Below, one piece after another: positions 10,066-20,404 of a stretch of 64,000 bases of DNA (position 1 is its first letter; the number at the start of each line of letters is the position of its first letter). The notes beneath the pieces were generated by a model. That model saw only the letters and a list, made by a program, of their open reading frames with translations, made no database searches and had not been told where the DNA came from. Position numbers and translations under genes: made by a program. Origin of the DNA: an uncultured Flavobacteriaceae bacterium (GTDB lineage Bacteria; Bacteroidota; Bacteroidia; Flavobacteriales; Flavobacteriaceae); the NCBI GenBank assembly GCA_963803715.1, contig CAWDOF010000025.1, positions 153,753-217,752 on the forward strand, given 5' to 3'.

Positions 10066-12231
10066 ATGATCAGCATTCACGAGAAAACCTTACAAGATCT
10101 AGAGTTTCATTCAGTATTAAAGCAGGTTTCAGCATTGGCCATTACAGAATTGGGCCGGATTGAAATCGATAAGATTGAGCCTTATAGAGATCAAGAAAGC
10201 ATAATTAAATCCTTAAATTTCACCAACGAGTACCTTTCATCATTTTATAATGATAACCGTATTCCCAATCATGGTTTTAATACTATTGCAAAAGAATTGC
10301 AACTGCTTAAAATCGAAAACAGCTTTTTGGAAACTAAGAGTTTTCAGAATTTAGCTTCAATAACGCTTACGGCCAATGAAATTTTAAAATTCCTAAAAAA
10401 GTTCAAGGAGTATTACCCTACGCTTTATCAAAAATCTTCTTTTATAGAAATATCTACATTTATTATTGATGAAATTGACCAAGTAGTAGATCGCTTTGGT
10501 GAAATAAAGGACAATGCCTCTGATTCTTTATACCAATTAAGAAAATCGATAAATTCTGTACGTGGTAAGATCAACCAAAGTTTTACAGCTGCACTGAACT
10601 CGTATCATAATCTTGATTATTTGGATGATATTAGGGAATCTGTAGTAGAAAATAAACGCGTTTTAGCCGTAACTGCCATGTACCGCCGAAAGGTTAAGGG
10701 TAATATTATGGGCAAGAGTAAAACGGGCAGTATTGTTTACATTCAACCTGAAACTACTTTTCAATATGCCCGAGAACTTAATAACCTTGAGTATGAGGAA
10801 AAGGAAGAAGTCGATAAAATATTGCGACGCCTCACCGAATTTGTTAGACCCAGTACCGGCCTGTTTCAGAATTACCAAACCTTTTTAACGCATCTGGACG
10901 TTATTTATTCTAAAGCAAAATACGCCCAATCCTTAGATGCCATTCTACCGAATATAAATCAAGATAAACTCTATGATGTCAGGGACGCGTACCACCCTTT
11001 ACTTTATTTGGCTAACAAAATTGACAAGAAAGTAACGTTTCCGCAGTCTATAAAATTAGGTAAGGATAACAGAATTATCGTGATTTCAGGACCAAATGCG
11101 GGAGGGAAAAGTATTACACTTAAAACCATTGGTCTGCTACAAGTCATGTTACAGAGCGGACTTTTGGTCCCGGTACATGAGAAAAGTGAGTTCTGCTTTT
11201 TTGATAGGATTATGAGTGATATTGGCGACAACCAATCCATTGAAAACCACTTGAGCACTTACAGTTACCGATTAAAACAGATGAATTATTTTCTTCGGAA
11301 ATGCAATAAGAACACACTTTTTCTTATCGATGAGTTTGGTACGGGTAGCGATCCTGAACTTGGCGGCGCATTGGCTGAAACCTTTTTAGAGGAATTTTAC
11401 CATCGGGAAGCCTACGGGATTATAACGACCCACTACTCCAACTTAAAAGTATTGGCTAACGAACTGCCTTATATGGAGAACGCAAATATGATGTTTGACA
11501 ATAAAAGTCTCGAGCCTCTCTTTAAATTGGCACTTGGCCAAGCTGGCAGCTCTTTTACTTTTGAGGTGGCCCAGAAAAACGGCATCCCGTTCAGTTTGAT
11601 AAATCGAGCTAAAAAGAAGATTGAACGCGGAAAAGTAAGGTTTGATGCTACCATTGCCAAACTCCAAAAAGAACGAAGTAAGTTAGAAAAGACCGAACGC
11701 TCTTTAAAGGAAAACGAAAAAAAGAAACAGAACGAAGCCGATAAATTAGAGGAAGTTAATGCCAAGGTCCAAAAAAAACTGGAAAACTTTCAGGAGCTTT
11801 ATGATAGCAACCAAAGATTAATTTATTTAGGCCAGAAAGTAAATGACGTCGCCGAAAAATTTTTTGAAGATAAAAAGAAAAGGCCATTGATGAACGAATT
11901 GTTCCGGTTGGTACAGATTGAAAATTCAAAACGGCAGAAAATTTCGGCTAAACAGAAAAAAGCGGTAAAGGCTAAAGAAACCCAAGTAAAACAAGAGGCC
12001 GAAAAGAAAGTAGAGGTTATCCGTAAAAAGAAAAAAGCCGCAAAGGAAAAAGCAAAACCCGTTGAAAAGCCGAAGCCTATGTTGAGAGTTGGAGACCGTG
12101 TTAGAATGTTTGACGGTAAGGCTGTGGGAAGTATTGATACTATTGAGAAAAATAAGGCCATTGTTAATTATGGCATATTTACGACAAATGTAAGTTTGGA
12201 TTTGCTCGAGCTAGTTGAGGCGAAAAAGTAG
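10066..12231 (+). CDS. mutS2: MutS2-family protein ending after a KOW-like segment, with no Smr motif seen
   Basis: 721 aa with Walker A GPNAGGKS, DEFGTGSDP and a Lys/Glu-rich coiled coil. The C-terminus is VGDRVRMFDGKAVGSIDTIEKNKAIVNYG. Confidence 0.8.
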   Translation: MISIHEKTLQDLEFHSVLKQVSALAITELGRIEIDKIEPYRDQESIIKSLNFTNEYLSSFYNDNRIPNHGFNTIAKELQLLKIENSFLETKSFQNLASITLTANEILKFLKKFKEYYPTLYQKSSFIEISTFIIDEIDQVVDRFGEIKDNASDSLYQLRKSINSVRGKINQSFTAALNSYHNLDYLDDIRESVVENKRVLAVTAMYRRKVKGNIMGKSKTGSIVYIQPETTFQYARELNNLEYEEKEEVDKILRRLTEFVRPSTGLFQNYQTFLTHLDVIYSKAKYAQSLDAILPNINQDKLYDVRDAYHPLLYLANKIDKKVTFPQSIKLGKDNRIIVISGPNAGGKSITLKTIGLLQVMLQSGLLVPVHEKSEFCFFDRIMSDIGDNQSIENHLSTYSYRLKQMNYFLRKCNKNTLFLIDEFGTGSDPELGGALAETFLEEFYHREAYGIITTHYSNLKVLANELPYMENANMMFDNKSLEPLFKLALGQAGSSFTFEVAQKNGIPFSLINRAKKKIERGKVRFDATIAKLQKERSKLEKTERSLKENEKKKQNEADKLEEVNAKVQKKLENFQELYDSNQRLIYLGQKVNDVAEKFFEDKKKRPLMNELFRLVQIENSKRQKISAKQKKAVKAKETQVKQEAEKKVEVIRKKKKAAKEKAKPVEKPKPMLRVGDRVRMFDGKAVGSIDTIEKNKAIVNYGIFTTNVSLDLLELVEAKK

Positions 12232-12343
12232 CGTTCAGTAGAAATCACTCACTGTTAAGTGTTCAATATTCAATGTTCAAGTTAGGAGTTGTTTTTAACT
12301 TAATATTTAATAACTCTATTTATCCACATCGTATCTTTATTCA

Positions 12344-12765
12344 ATGATTGAGGGTCTTCCAAAAAACAAAAAACTTATACTTTTTGATGGTGTTTGCAAT
12401 CTGTGCAATGCCGCCATTCAGTATGTGATAAGATACGATAAAAAAGACCTGTTTAGATATGCACCATTGCAAAGTAATATAGGGCAAAAAGTAATTGCAA
12501 AATATAATATTGATGTCGAAAAAACTGATTCTATACTTCTCTACTCAGAAGCAGGTGGACTTTCAATAAAATCATCGGCAGCTTTAAATATTGCCAAACA
12601 CTTAGGATTTCCAAGAAACTTGATGGTGATATTTTTCTATGGCTCCCTACATTCATTAGGAATTGGGTTTATGACTACATCGCTAAAAACAGATATAAAT
12701 GGTTTGGGAAAAAGGAAGAATGCATGATACCTACACCAGAATTAAGAGATAAATTTTTAGAATAA
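12344..12765 (+). pseudogene. DCC-family thiol-disulfide oxidoreductase (DUF393) with an apparent -1 frameshift
   Basis: The N-terminus LILFDGVCNLCNAAIQYV is canonical. The canonical C-terminus FLWLPTFIRNWVYDYIAKNRYKWFGKKEECMIPTPELRDKFLE is read in another frame after the T5 run at 12632..12636. Confidence 0.75.
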
Positions 12766-12793
12766 AAAAGTCCTTTCTTACGAAAGGACTTTT
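12766..12793 (+). terminator. rho-independent terminator
   Basis: aaaagtcctttc-ttac-gaaaggactttt, a 12-bp stem immediately after the restored DCC stop codon. Confidence 0.7.
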
Positions 12794-13097
12794 CTACTTA
12801 ACAACTCAATAAACTCTTGAATACATCAATCTAAACAAAAATAAAGTTGTTATAAGATTGATTAATAGCACTTTATTTACAATTCAAATATAGTAGTATC
12901 TATATTAGATTAATTAAAAACTCGATAAAAACCTTATTATAATTGTTGAAATATATCAGATTGTAGATTTTATCTATGAGATACATCTAATGTTCCTCAA
13001 TTTTCAGCGTATTAAAAATAACTTCCGAACAAAAAACAGTGATTTAATAATATCCCACTAATTAATTGGAGTAGATAAAATAATAAAATAATATCTG

Positions 13098-14540
13098 TTA
13101 AGAATCCAATTCAAAAGTCTCGGCTGGATCTCGGGGTTCGTAATCCAACATATCCTCTCCATCAGCAATAATTGAGCATACCGTAGCATCTCCAGTAACA
13201 TTGACTACGGTTCTAAACATATCCAAAATTCTATCTACAGGAAAAACTATGGCAATCCATGCTGGGTTCAATCCAACCGAACTCAAGACAATAATCAACA
13301 TTACTAGTCCTGCACTGGGCACGGCAGCCGAACCGATTGACGCCAAAGTAGCAGTTAACACAACGGTAATCTGTTGCCCAAGTGTTAGGTCTATCATATG
13401 AATCTGTGCCAAGAAAATAACGGCAACAGCTTGATACAGACTTGTACCGTCCATATTTACAGTTGCTCCAATAGGTAACACGAAACTGCTTATTTTTTTA
13501 TTAACGCCTAAATTTTGCTCCACACATTCCATAGTAACTGGCAAGGTTGCCGCACTACTCGATGTCGAAAATGCCAACGTTTGCGCCGGACTCATGGCCT
13601 TAAAAAAGCCGACATATGGTATTTTCTTCACGAACAATTTTAAAATAATGGGATAAATCACGAATATCATCAGCAATAAGCCAACCAATACCGTTAGGGA
13701 ATACCAACTTAAACCTTTAAATATCTCAAGCACCTTCCCAATATCATCACCCGCCATTTTTGAAACGACTCCCGCTAAAAGCGCAAATACGAAGAATGGC
13801 GCAGCTTGCATCACAATATCTACCATTTTAAGGAAGACTTCATTTATTCCATCAACGATTTTAAGAACAGGGGCTGACTTTTCCGAAGGGATGAAAAGCA
13901 GACAAACACCAAAAAATATGGCGAAGAATATAATTTGTAACATTCTACCATTATCGGCCAAGGAAGAAAAGAAATTACTCGGCACAATATCCACTAAGGG
14001 CTGAAGAGGTGTAGTATCTTCGGTTTTTTTGGCCTTTTCCATGGTATCATCAACCGTGGTGTCTTTCAGTTCTCTTTTTGACAATTCTGAAATTTCTTGA
14101 GCACGTTCCAAAAATTCAGGATCTTTAAGATAATTCACACCATCTTTAATTTCATAGCCTTCTGAATCCGCCCAAATCTCGTAGCTTATCCGATTATCAA
14201 TGCGGCTCTGTTCGTCAATTAATTTACCGGGTTTGAAGGTGTTTACCAATAATAAGCCCAATGAAATTGCCAAAATCGTAGTCAATAAATAAATTCCGAG
14301 GGTCTTCCCTCCCATTCTACCTAAACTCGAGGGGTCTCCAATATTTGCCACGCCACCAATAATGGAAAACAAGACTAATGGCACCGCAATTAATTTCAGC
14401 AAGTTTATAAATATCGTACCGAACGGATCAATCCAGTTAATGGTAAATTCACTCCAGCCCAAATAGCTGGACAGCAATGCCCAAATGACACCGAGTACCA
14501 TCCCGATAATAATTTTCCAATGTAATGCTAGTTTTTTCAT
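13098..14540 (-). CDS. dicarboxylate/amino acid:cation symporter (DAACS family)
   Basis: 480 aa and multi-TM. Motifs ASIGSAAVPSAGLVML and VDRILDMFRTVVNVTGD are present. Confidence 0.9.
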   Translation of the reverse strand: MKKLALHWKIIIGMVLGVIWALLSSYLGWSEFTINWIDPFGTIFINLLKLIAVPLVLFSIIGGVANIGDPSSLGRMGGKTLGIYLLTTILAISLGLLLVNTFKPGKLIDEQSRIDNRISYEIWADSEGYEIKDGVNYLKDPEFLERAQEISELSKRELKDTTVDDTMEKAKKTEDTTPLQPLVDIVPSNFFSSLADNGRMLQIIFFAIFFGVCLLFIPSEKSAPVLKIVDGINEVFLKMVDIVMQAAPFFVFALLAGVVSKMAGDDIGKVLEIFKGLSWYSLTVLVGLLLMIFVIYPIILKLFVKKIPYVGFFKAMSPAQTLAFSTSSSAATLPVTMECVEQNLGVNKKISSFVLPIGATVNMDGTSLYQAVAVIFLAQIHMIDLTLGQQITVVLTATLASIGSAAVPSAGLVMLIIVLSSVGLNPAWIAIVFPVDRILDMFRTVVNVTGDATVCSIIADGEDMLDYEPRDPAETFELDS

Positions 14541-14642
14541 AGGCCCATCTGTCCTTCGGACATCTTCTCAAAAGGAAGAGTCAAAATATTATATTTATTA
14601 GATTTAGATTGAGAACTTATAGCTAATAATTAGTTATCAAAA

Positions 14643-15719
14643 TTATGGATTATAAGTTTTAAGCTCCTGCTTACGCAAGAGTGTGTAATCTGCCAAAACC
14701 AACGCTGCCATGGCCTCGACAATAGGTATGGCTCTTGGTACAACGCAGGGGTCATGACGACCTTTACCTTGCATTTCAACAATGTTTCCTGAATTATCCA
14801 AGGTGTTTTGCTTTTGGATAACAGTAGCCACCGGCTTAAAGGCTACCCGAAAATAAATATCCATCCCGTTGCTAATGCCGCCTTGAACACCACCCGAATG
14901 ATTGGTCTGGGTTGTACCATCTTCGTTAAATAGGTCATTATGTTCAGAACCTTTTAAACTCGCACCTTGAAAACCGCTACCATATTCAAAACCTTTTACA
15001 GCGTTTATGGATAACATGGCTTTTCCCAATTCGGCGTGGAGCTTGTCAAACACAGGCTCTCCGAGTCCTACTGGAACGTTCTGGATAACGCAGGTTACGA
15101 CACCACCAACCGTATCTCCTTCTTTCTTTATCGCCTTAATGTGAGAAATCATCTGTTCTGCAACTGATTGGTCAGGACATCTAACTGAATTGTTTTCGAT
15201 ATTGGAAAAATCTAAATCTTGATAAGGTTTTTCTAAATGAATGTTTCCTACTGAGGAGGTAAATGCATGTATAGAAACATCAGATATCATCTGCTTTGCA
15301 ATGGCACCGGCAACGACCCTACAGGCGGTTTCCCTAGCAGAACTTCGGCCACCACCACGATAATCGCGCACGCCGTATTTTTTCTCATAGGTATAATCTG
15401 CATGGCTTGGACGGTAAACATCCTTGATATGTGAATAATCCTTTGATTTTTGATTGGTGTTCTTAATCACAAAACCAATTGGAGTTCCCGTGGTCTGGCC
15501 TTCAAATATCCCTGATAAAAACTCAACGGTATCTGGTTCCTTGCGTTGGGTTACAATATCTGATTGACCGGGCTTTCTTCTGTTCATTTCATTTTGAATG
15601 ACATCCAAATCGATTTTGAGTCCAGCGGGGCAACCATCTATGACACCGCCAATTGCAGTTCCATGTGATTCGCCAAAGGTGCTTAGTTTGAATAATTTTC
15701 CGAAGGAATTTCCTGCCAT
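14643..15719 (-). CDS. aroC: chorismate synthase
   Basis: 358 aa with [15 protein letters not shown] and [10 protein letters not shown]. Confidence 0.95.
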   Translation of the reverse strand: MAGNSFGKLFKLSTFGESHGTAIGGVIDGCPAGLKIDLDVIQNEMNRRKPGQSDIVTQRKEPDTVEFLSGIFEGQTTGTPIGFVIKNTNQKSKDYSHIKDVYRPSHADYTYEKKYGVRDYRGGGRSSARETACRVVAGAIAKQMISDVSIHAFTSSVGNIHLEKPYQDLDFSNIENNSVRCPDQSVAEQMISHIKAIKKEGDTVGGVVTCVIQNVPVGLGEPVFDKLHAELGKAMLSINAVKGFEYGSGFQGASLKGSEHNDLFNEDGTTQTNHSGGVQGGISNGMDIYFRVAFKPVATVIQKQNTLDNSGNIVEMQGKGRHDPCVVPRAIPIVEAMAALVLADYTLLRKQELKTYNP

Positions 15720-15835
15720 AAACTCAATTTTTCGCTAAAGTAACCCTAAAATTAGAGAAACTAAAACACATCTGGTAAAGACCTGGGCAATAGTTTGAAA
15801 ACCAGGTAACGTTAACTTAACAATTTGCTCATTGT

Positions 15836-16765
15836 TTGTTAATTAAAAATAAGACATCAAATCAAAACGAATTGATTTATTTGCAATATGAAAGCTTTAA
15901 TTTCTTGAAACACAAAAGAAAAGTTGAGATAGCAGTTATTTCAGATGTACATCTAGGAACCTTTGGATGTCACGCAAAACAGTTGTTGACCTATCTTAAC
16001 AGTATACAGCCCAAAAAACTCATCCTTAACGGCGACATTGTTGATATCTGGCAATTTAGCAAAAGGTACTTCCCAAAATCCCACTTACAAGTCATTAAGA
16101 AAATCATGGATATGGCTGCCGATGGTGTTGAAATAATTTACATCACTGGTAATCACGATGAAATGCTCCGGAAATTTAGTGATATGAGCATCGGAAATAT
16201 TTCTATTGTCGATAAGATTGTGCTTGAACTTGACGGTAAAAAAGCTTGGTTCTTTCATGGGGATATTTTTGACTTGTCAATCCAAAATGCTAAATGGCTT
16301 GCAAAATTGGGCGGTTATGGCTATGATTTGCTTATTTTACTGAACCGATTGATCAATTGGTTCTTGATACGGGCTGGTAGGGAAAAGTATTCTCTTTCAA
16401 AAAAAATCAAGAATAGCGTAAAAGGTGCGCTTAAATATATAAACGACTTTGAGAAAGTAGCTACAGATTTAGCGATTGAAAACGGCTATGACTTCGTTAT
16501 TTGCGGTCATATCCACCAACCTAAGATGTTTACCAAGGAAAATAGATTAGGCAAAACAACCTATCTTAATTCTGGGGATTGGATTGAAAACTTCACGGCA
16601 CTAGAATATCAATTTAAACGTTGGAAAATCTATAACTACAACAACGATAAGCTGCGGGCTTTCTATGCTGATGAAGACTTAAAAGATATGGAAATCAATG
16701 ATTTAATCGCAGCGATTACCATACTAAAGCCCGAAAAGCAAAGCAAGAAAAAGAAATCTAGCTGA
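15836..16765 (+). CDS. lpxH: UDP-2,3-diacylglucosamine diphosphatase-like metallophosphoesterase
   Basis: Motifs DVHLG, GDIVD, GNHD and GHIH are present. The start codon is uncertain (TTG at 15836 or a later TTG near 15906). Confidence 0.7.
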   Translation: MLIKNKTSNQNELIYLQYESFNFLKHKRKVEIAVISDVHLGTFGCHAKQLLTYLNSIQPKKLILNGDIVDIWQFSKRYFPKSHLQVIKKIMDMAADGVEIIYITGNHDEMLRKFSDMSIGNISIVDKIVLELDGKKAWFFHGDIFDLSIQNAKWLAKLGGYGYDLLILLNRLINWFLIRAGREKYSLSKKIKNSVKGALKYINDFEKVATDLAIENGYDFVICGHIHQPKMFTKENRLGKTTYLNSGDWIENFTALEYQFKRWKIYNYNNDKLRAFYADEDLKDMEINDLIAAITILKPEKQSKKKKSS

Positions 16766-19703
16766 ATAACGCTCTCCTTAAAATGGTGACAGGATGCAAG
16801 GCCTGCCTTTTAGTGCCATCCTTAATTTGATGCCTACAACTTGTCCCGTTAGCTGACAAAATAACGTCTTCGCCAGCATTTCTAACCGCAGGAAACAAGG
16901 TTTGCTCTCCTACCTGCATACTTACTTCATAATGTTCTTTTTCATAACCAAAACTGCCGGCCATGCCACAACATCCACTAGGTATAATAGTAACCTTATA
17001 GTTTTCCGGAAGGTTTAACACCTCAAAACTTGACAATTGATTAGCGATAGCTTTTTGATGACAATGCCCATGAAATTTAATTATTTTTTCTTCGGAAGTA
17101 AACTGGTCAGGTTTGATGTTGCCCAACTTAATTTCTGATGCGAGAAATTCTTCAATTAAAAACGTCTGTTTTGAAATTTTTTCTGCCGAAGTCCTGTTAT
17201 CTGCTAATCTTAAATATTCATCCTTAAAAGTCAATATAGCAGACGGTTCAATACCAATAAGTGGCGTTTGCTCAGAAATCAAATTTTCAAATTTTAATAC
17301 GTTTTGGTTGGCAAACGCTTTGGCCTGTTCAAGTAAACCTTTAGAAATAAATGCACGTCCAGATTCCTTGTGGTCTACCAGTTTAACCTCATAATTCAAC
17401 TCTTGTAACAATTCAATAGCATCAATGCCGATTTCAGTATCTAAGTGGTTGGTAAATTCATCTACAAATAGATAGACTGTTTTTTTAAATTCTGTTTTAT
17501 AGTATTGATTTGCATTGTTTTTATGCCATTTATATAAACTCTTTGTTGAAATTAATGGTAAGGTTCTTTCTTTTGCAATTCCGAAGATGTTTTTTAAGAT
17601 TGAACTCAGAAAACGGTTTGAAAATATGAAGTTAGTAACCTTCGGAAAAATACTTCCGTAGCCATTTAATTGATTATTATAGGCAAATAGTTTTGTGCGC
17701 AGATTTACACCGTTAGCTTTTTGATACTGGTATTGAAACTCGGCTTTTAAACTTGCCACATCCACACTACTTGGGCATTCGGTAGCACAAGCTTTACAAC
17801 TCAGGCAGAGATCAAAAACGTCCTTTAATTCCTGACGATTAAATTTATTTACTTTTTCAGAGCCCTGAGCTATTGGGATGGTGAGAAACTCACGCAGCGC
17901 GTTAGCTCTTGCCCTGGTGGTATCCTTTTCGTTTCGAGTGGCACGGTAACTTGGGCACATAGTGCCTCCAAATTCAGGTAGTTTTCTACAATCTCCAGAA
18001 CCGTTGCATTTTTCGGCCTCTCGCAGAATTCCTTCAGATGAAGAAAAATCCATTAATGTTTCTATCTGGGGCACTTCTATTTCTGGGAGGTTCCGCAAAT
18101 TTTTATCCATCGGTAATGCATTTACAATCTTCCCAGGATTAAAAATTGCATTTGGATCAAAAGCTGATTTTAATCTCTTTAGGATTTCGTAATTTCTTTT
18201 ACCGATCATGAGTGGAATAAACTCCGCCCTAACTATACCATCGCCATGCTCCCCGCTCATTGAGCCGCCGTATTGTTTGACCAAATGGGCAACGTCTGTA
18301 GTTATCTTTCTGAATTTTTCAACATCGGCCGCCTTTTTCAAATTTAAAATCGGCCTAAGATGTAACTCTCCTGCTCCCGCATGAGCATAATAAACGGGCT
18401 TTTGTTGGTAACCGGTCATTAATTTAGAAAAGTCTGAAATGTAATTATCCAAGTCAGATAAGGCGACAGCGGTATCTTCAATACAAGCTACGGCTTTTGC
18501 GTCTCCAATGATATTACCGAGAAGTCCAAGGCCCGCCTTTCGGAGTTCCATGGCATTTTCAATAGCTTCGTCTTCTAAAATAACGTTAGCATAGCTTAAA
18601 CCAGAAACATTGAGACTGGTTAGAAGCTCCCCAGATAATCTTGCCGTTTCCGTTTTGGAATCTGCCCTAATTTCTAACATCAAAATCGCTTCTGGGTCTC
18701 CCTCGATAAAAGCTCTATTTTTTTGTTGTTGCTTATTATGCTTTGTCAGATCGAGAATGGTCTTATCCAACATTTCACAGGTATATAAATCATGAGTCAT
18801 GGCAGTTGCAACCGCGTTGAGACAATTTTCTATACTATTAAAATGCGATACAACCATCAATGTTTCCGAAGGGGGCAATACGTCCAATTTCAAAGTGATT
18901 TCGGTAGTAAAAGCAAGCGTACCTTCACTACCTGCCAATAACTTGGACATGTTGAAAAGCGTGTTATGTTCTGAAAAAACTTCGTTATTTAGAAGCTCGT
19001 CAATAGCATACCCCGTATTACGACGATGTATTTCAGATTTCGGGAATTCAGATTTGATTTGGAGTTGAACGCTTTCTGAAGACAATTCAGAAAAAATAGT
19101 TCTATAAATATGGCCTTCTAAATTATCGAGTTTAGATTTTTCCGAAAATTCTTCCGAAGTTAAATTTGAGAAAACAGCCTCGCTCCCGTCGCTAAGTATC
19201 GTTTTAAGCTGAACAATCTTATCTCTGGTTACCCCATACTTTATTGAAGTTGTTCCCGATGAATTGTTCCCCACCATCCCTCCAATCATGCAGCGATTTG
19301 AGGTTGAAGTGTTTGGACCGAAAAACAATCCGAAAGGTTTAAGGTAATTATTAAGCTCATCTCGAACAACACCGGGCTGGACTGTTACCGTTCTTTCTTT
19401 TTCATTAATGTTTAGGATTTTATTAAAATACTTCGAAACATCCACGACTACACCTTGACCAACACATTGACCAGCCAAAGATGTGCCTGCGGCTCTTGGA
19501 ATCAATGACGTTTTATGCTTATTTGCAAAGAGAATTAATAGTTTTAAGTCTGCATTATTTTTTGGTATAGCCACTGCTAGGGGCAATATCCTATAAACAG
19601 AGGCATCTGTTGCATAAATAGCTTTAGCTAAATCATCAAAATACAACTCACCTGATAAGTCCTTTTTAAGGTTTTGAAGTGGTGCTTGAATACTTTCTAT
19701 CAT
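16758..19703 (-). CDS. fused FAD-binding oxidase / Fe-S / CCG-domain oxidoreductase (GlcD-GlpC type 2-hydroxyacid dehydrogenase)
   Basis: 981 aa. It has an N-terminal FAD PCMH domain, the CxxCxxCxxxCP motif (CLSCKACATECPS) and a C-terminal GCCGMAG. Confidence 0.85.
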   Translation of the reverse strand: MIESIQAPLQNLKKDLSGELYFDDLAKAIYATDASVYRILPLAVAIPKNNADLKLLILFANKHKTSLIPRAAGTSLAGQCVGQGVVVDVSKYFNKILNINEKERTVTVQPGVVRDELNNYLKPFGLFFGPNTSTSNRCMIGGMVGNNSSGTTSIKYGVTRDKIVQLKTILSDGSEAVFSNLTSEEFSEKSKLDNLEGHIYRTIFSELSSESVQLQIKSEFPKSEIHRRNTGYAIDELLNNEVFSEHNTLFNMSKLLAGSEGTLAFTTEITLKLDVLPPSETLMVVSHFNSIENCLNAVATAMTHDLYTCEMLDKTILDLTKHNKQQQKNRAFIEGDPEAILMLEIRADSKTETARLSGELLTSLNVSGLSYANVILEDEAIENAMELRKAGLGLLGNIIGDAKAVACIEDTAVALSDLDNYISDFSKLMTGYQQKPVYYAHAGAGELHLRPILNLKKAADVEKFRKITTDVAHLVKQYGGSMSGEHGDGIVRAEFIPLMIGKRNYEILKRLKSAFDPNAIFNPGKIVNALPMDKNLRNLPEIEVPQIETLMDFSSSEGILREAEKCNGSGDCRKLPEFGGTMCPSYRATRNEKDTTRARANALREFLTIPIAQGSEKVNKFNRQELKDVFDLCLSCKACATECPSSVDVASLKAEFQYQYQKANGVNLRTKLFAYNNQLNGYGSIFPKVTNFIFSNRFLSSILKNIFGIAKERTLPLISTKSLYKWHKNNANQYYKTEFKKTVYLFVDEFTNHLDTEIGIDAIELLQELNYEVKLVDHKESGRAFISKGLLEQAKAFANQNVLKFENLISEQTPLIGIEPSAILTFKDEYLRLADNRTSAEKISKQTFLIEEFLASEIKLGNIKPDQFTSEEKIIKFHGHCHQKAIANQLSSFEVLNLPENYKVTIIPSGCCGMAGSFGYEKEHYEVSMQVGEQTLFPAVRNAGEDVILSANGTSCRHQIKDGTKRQALHPVTILRRALFS

Positions 19704-19848
19704 TTACATTAAAAATTATGTCTAAGTGATTATAAAATTATCATAAAGGAAAGATTGTATCATTAAAATTAACATAGTTTCGCCGTTTGAAATTGACTTC
19801 TGCTAATTAAAATGATGTCAATATAAGTTAAATTTAAATTTTAAGATT

Positions 19849-20346
19849 ATGAAAAACGTATTTTTATTGACCTTGACTTTTCTAGGTTTTGCCTTATCAT
19901 CTTATGCTCAAGATATTGCCGATAACGCAATAGGATTAAGACTGGGAGATAGCGATGGTTTTGGTGCCGAAATTTCTTATCAGCGAGGCTTAGGCGATAA
20001 CAATCGCTTAGAGCTAGACTTGGGTCTTAGAAGCGGTAATAACCGTGATGGTTTCAAAGCAGCTGGACTTTACCAGTGGGTTTGGAATATTGACGGTGGC
20101 TTCAATTGGTATGCTGGTGCAGGTGGAGGTCTAGCCGCTTATAGCTTTGATGATGATAGATTTAATGATGGAGACGATAGCGAGACTTTTGTGTTTGTGG
20201 CAGGTGATGTTGGGATAGAATATAATTTTGACATACCACTTTTACTATCCTTAGATTTTAGACCAGAAATTGGCTTTGGAGATGACCGTTACGGTAATGA
20301 TGACCTCGATTTTGATATCGCGTTGGGAATAAGATACCAATTCTAG
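19849..20346 (+). CDS. small outer-membrane beta-barrel protein
   Basis: 165 aa with a signal peptide, alternating Gly/aromatic beta-strand pattern and C-terminal YQF. Confidence 0.6.
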   Translation: MKNVFLLTLTFLGFALSSYAQDIADNAIGLRLGDSDGFGAEISYQRGLGDNNRLELDLGLRSGNNRDGFKAAGLYQWVWNIDGGFNWYAGAGGGLAAYSFDDDRFNDGDDSETFVFVAGDVGIEYNFDIPLLLSLDFRPEIGFGDDRYGNDDLDFDIALGIRYQF

Positions 20347-20371
20347 AATAGAAGGAATTGAATTTAATAAA

Positions 20372-20397
20372 ACCACCTAATTTAGGTGGTTTTTTTA
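20372..20397. terminator. bidirectional rho-independent terminator
   Basis: accacctaa-t-ttaggtggt followed by T7 and preceded by an A run. It sits between convergent genes. Confidence 0.8.
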
Positions 20398-20404
20398 TTT
20401 CAAT

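Noticed and set aside
11443-12161. Several antisense ORFs of 74-112 aa opposite the 3' part of mutS2
   Set aside because: They are low-complexity translations of the complement of a Lys/Glu-rich coding stretch, with no independent signals.
12794-13097. ORF-free, very AT-rich gap of about 300 bp between convergent genes, as a possible sRNA locus
   Set aside because: It holds only a small palindrome (tagat-ttt-atcta at 12967..12979). There is no promoter box plus terminator pair that I could pair convincingly.
13125-13145. ggggttcgtaatcc, which resembles a tRNA T-arm
   Set aside because: It lies inside the symporter CDS. No acceptor stem or anticodon arm can be built around it.
16758-16765. 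8-nt overlap of the convergent lpxH-like and FAD/Fe-S oxidoreductase 3' ends
   Set aside because: A short convergent overlap is common in compact genomes. There is no evidence of antisense regulation.
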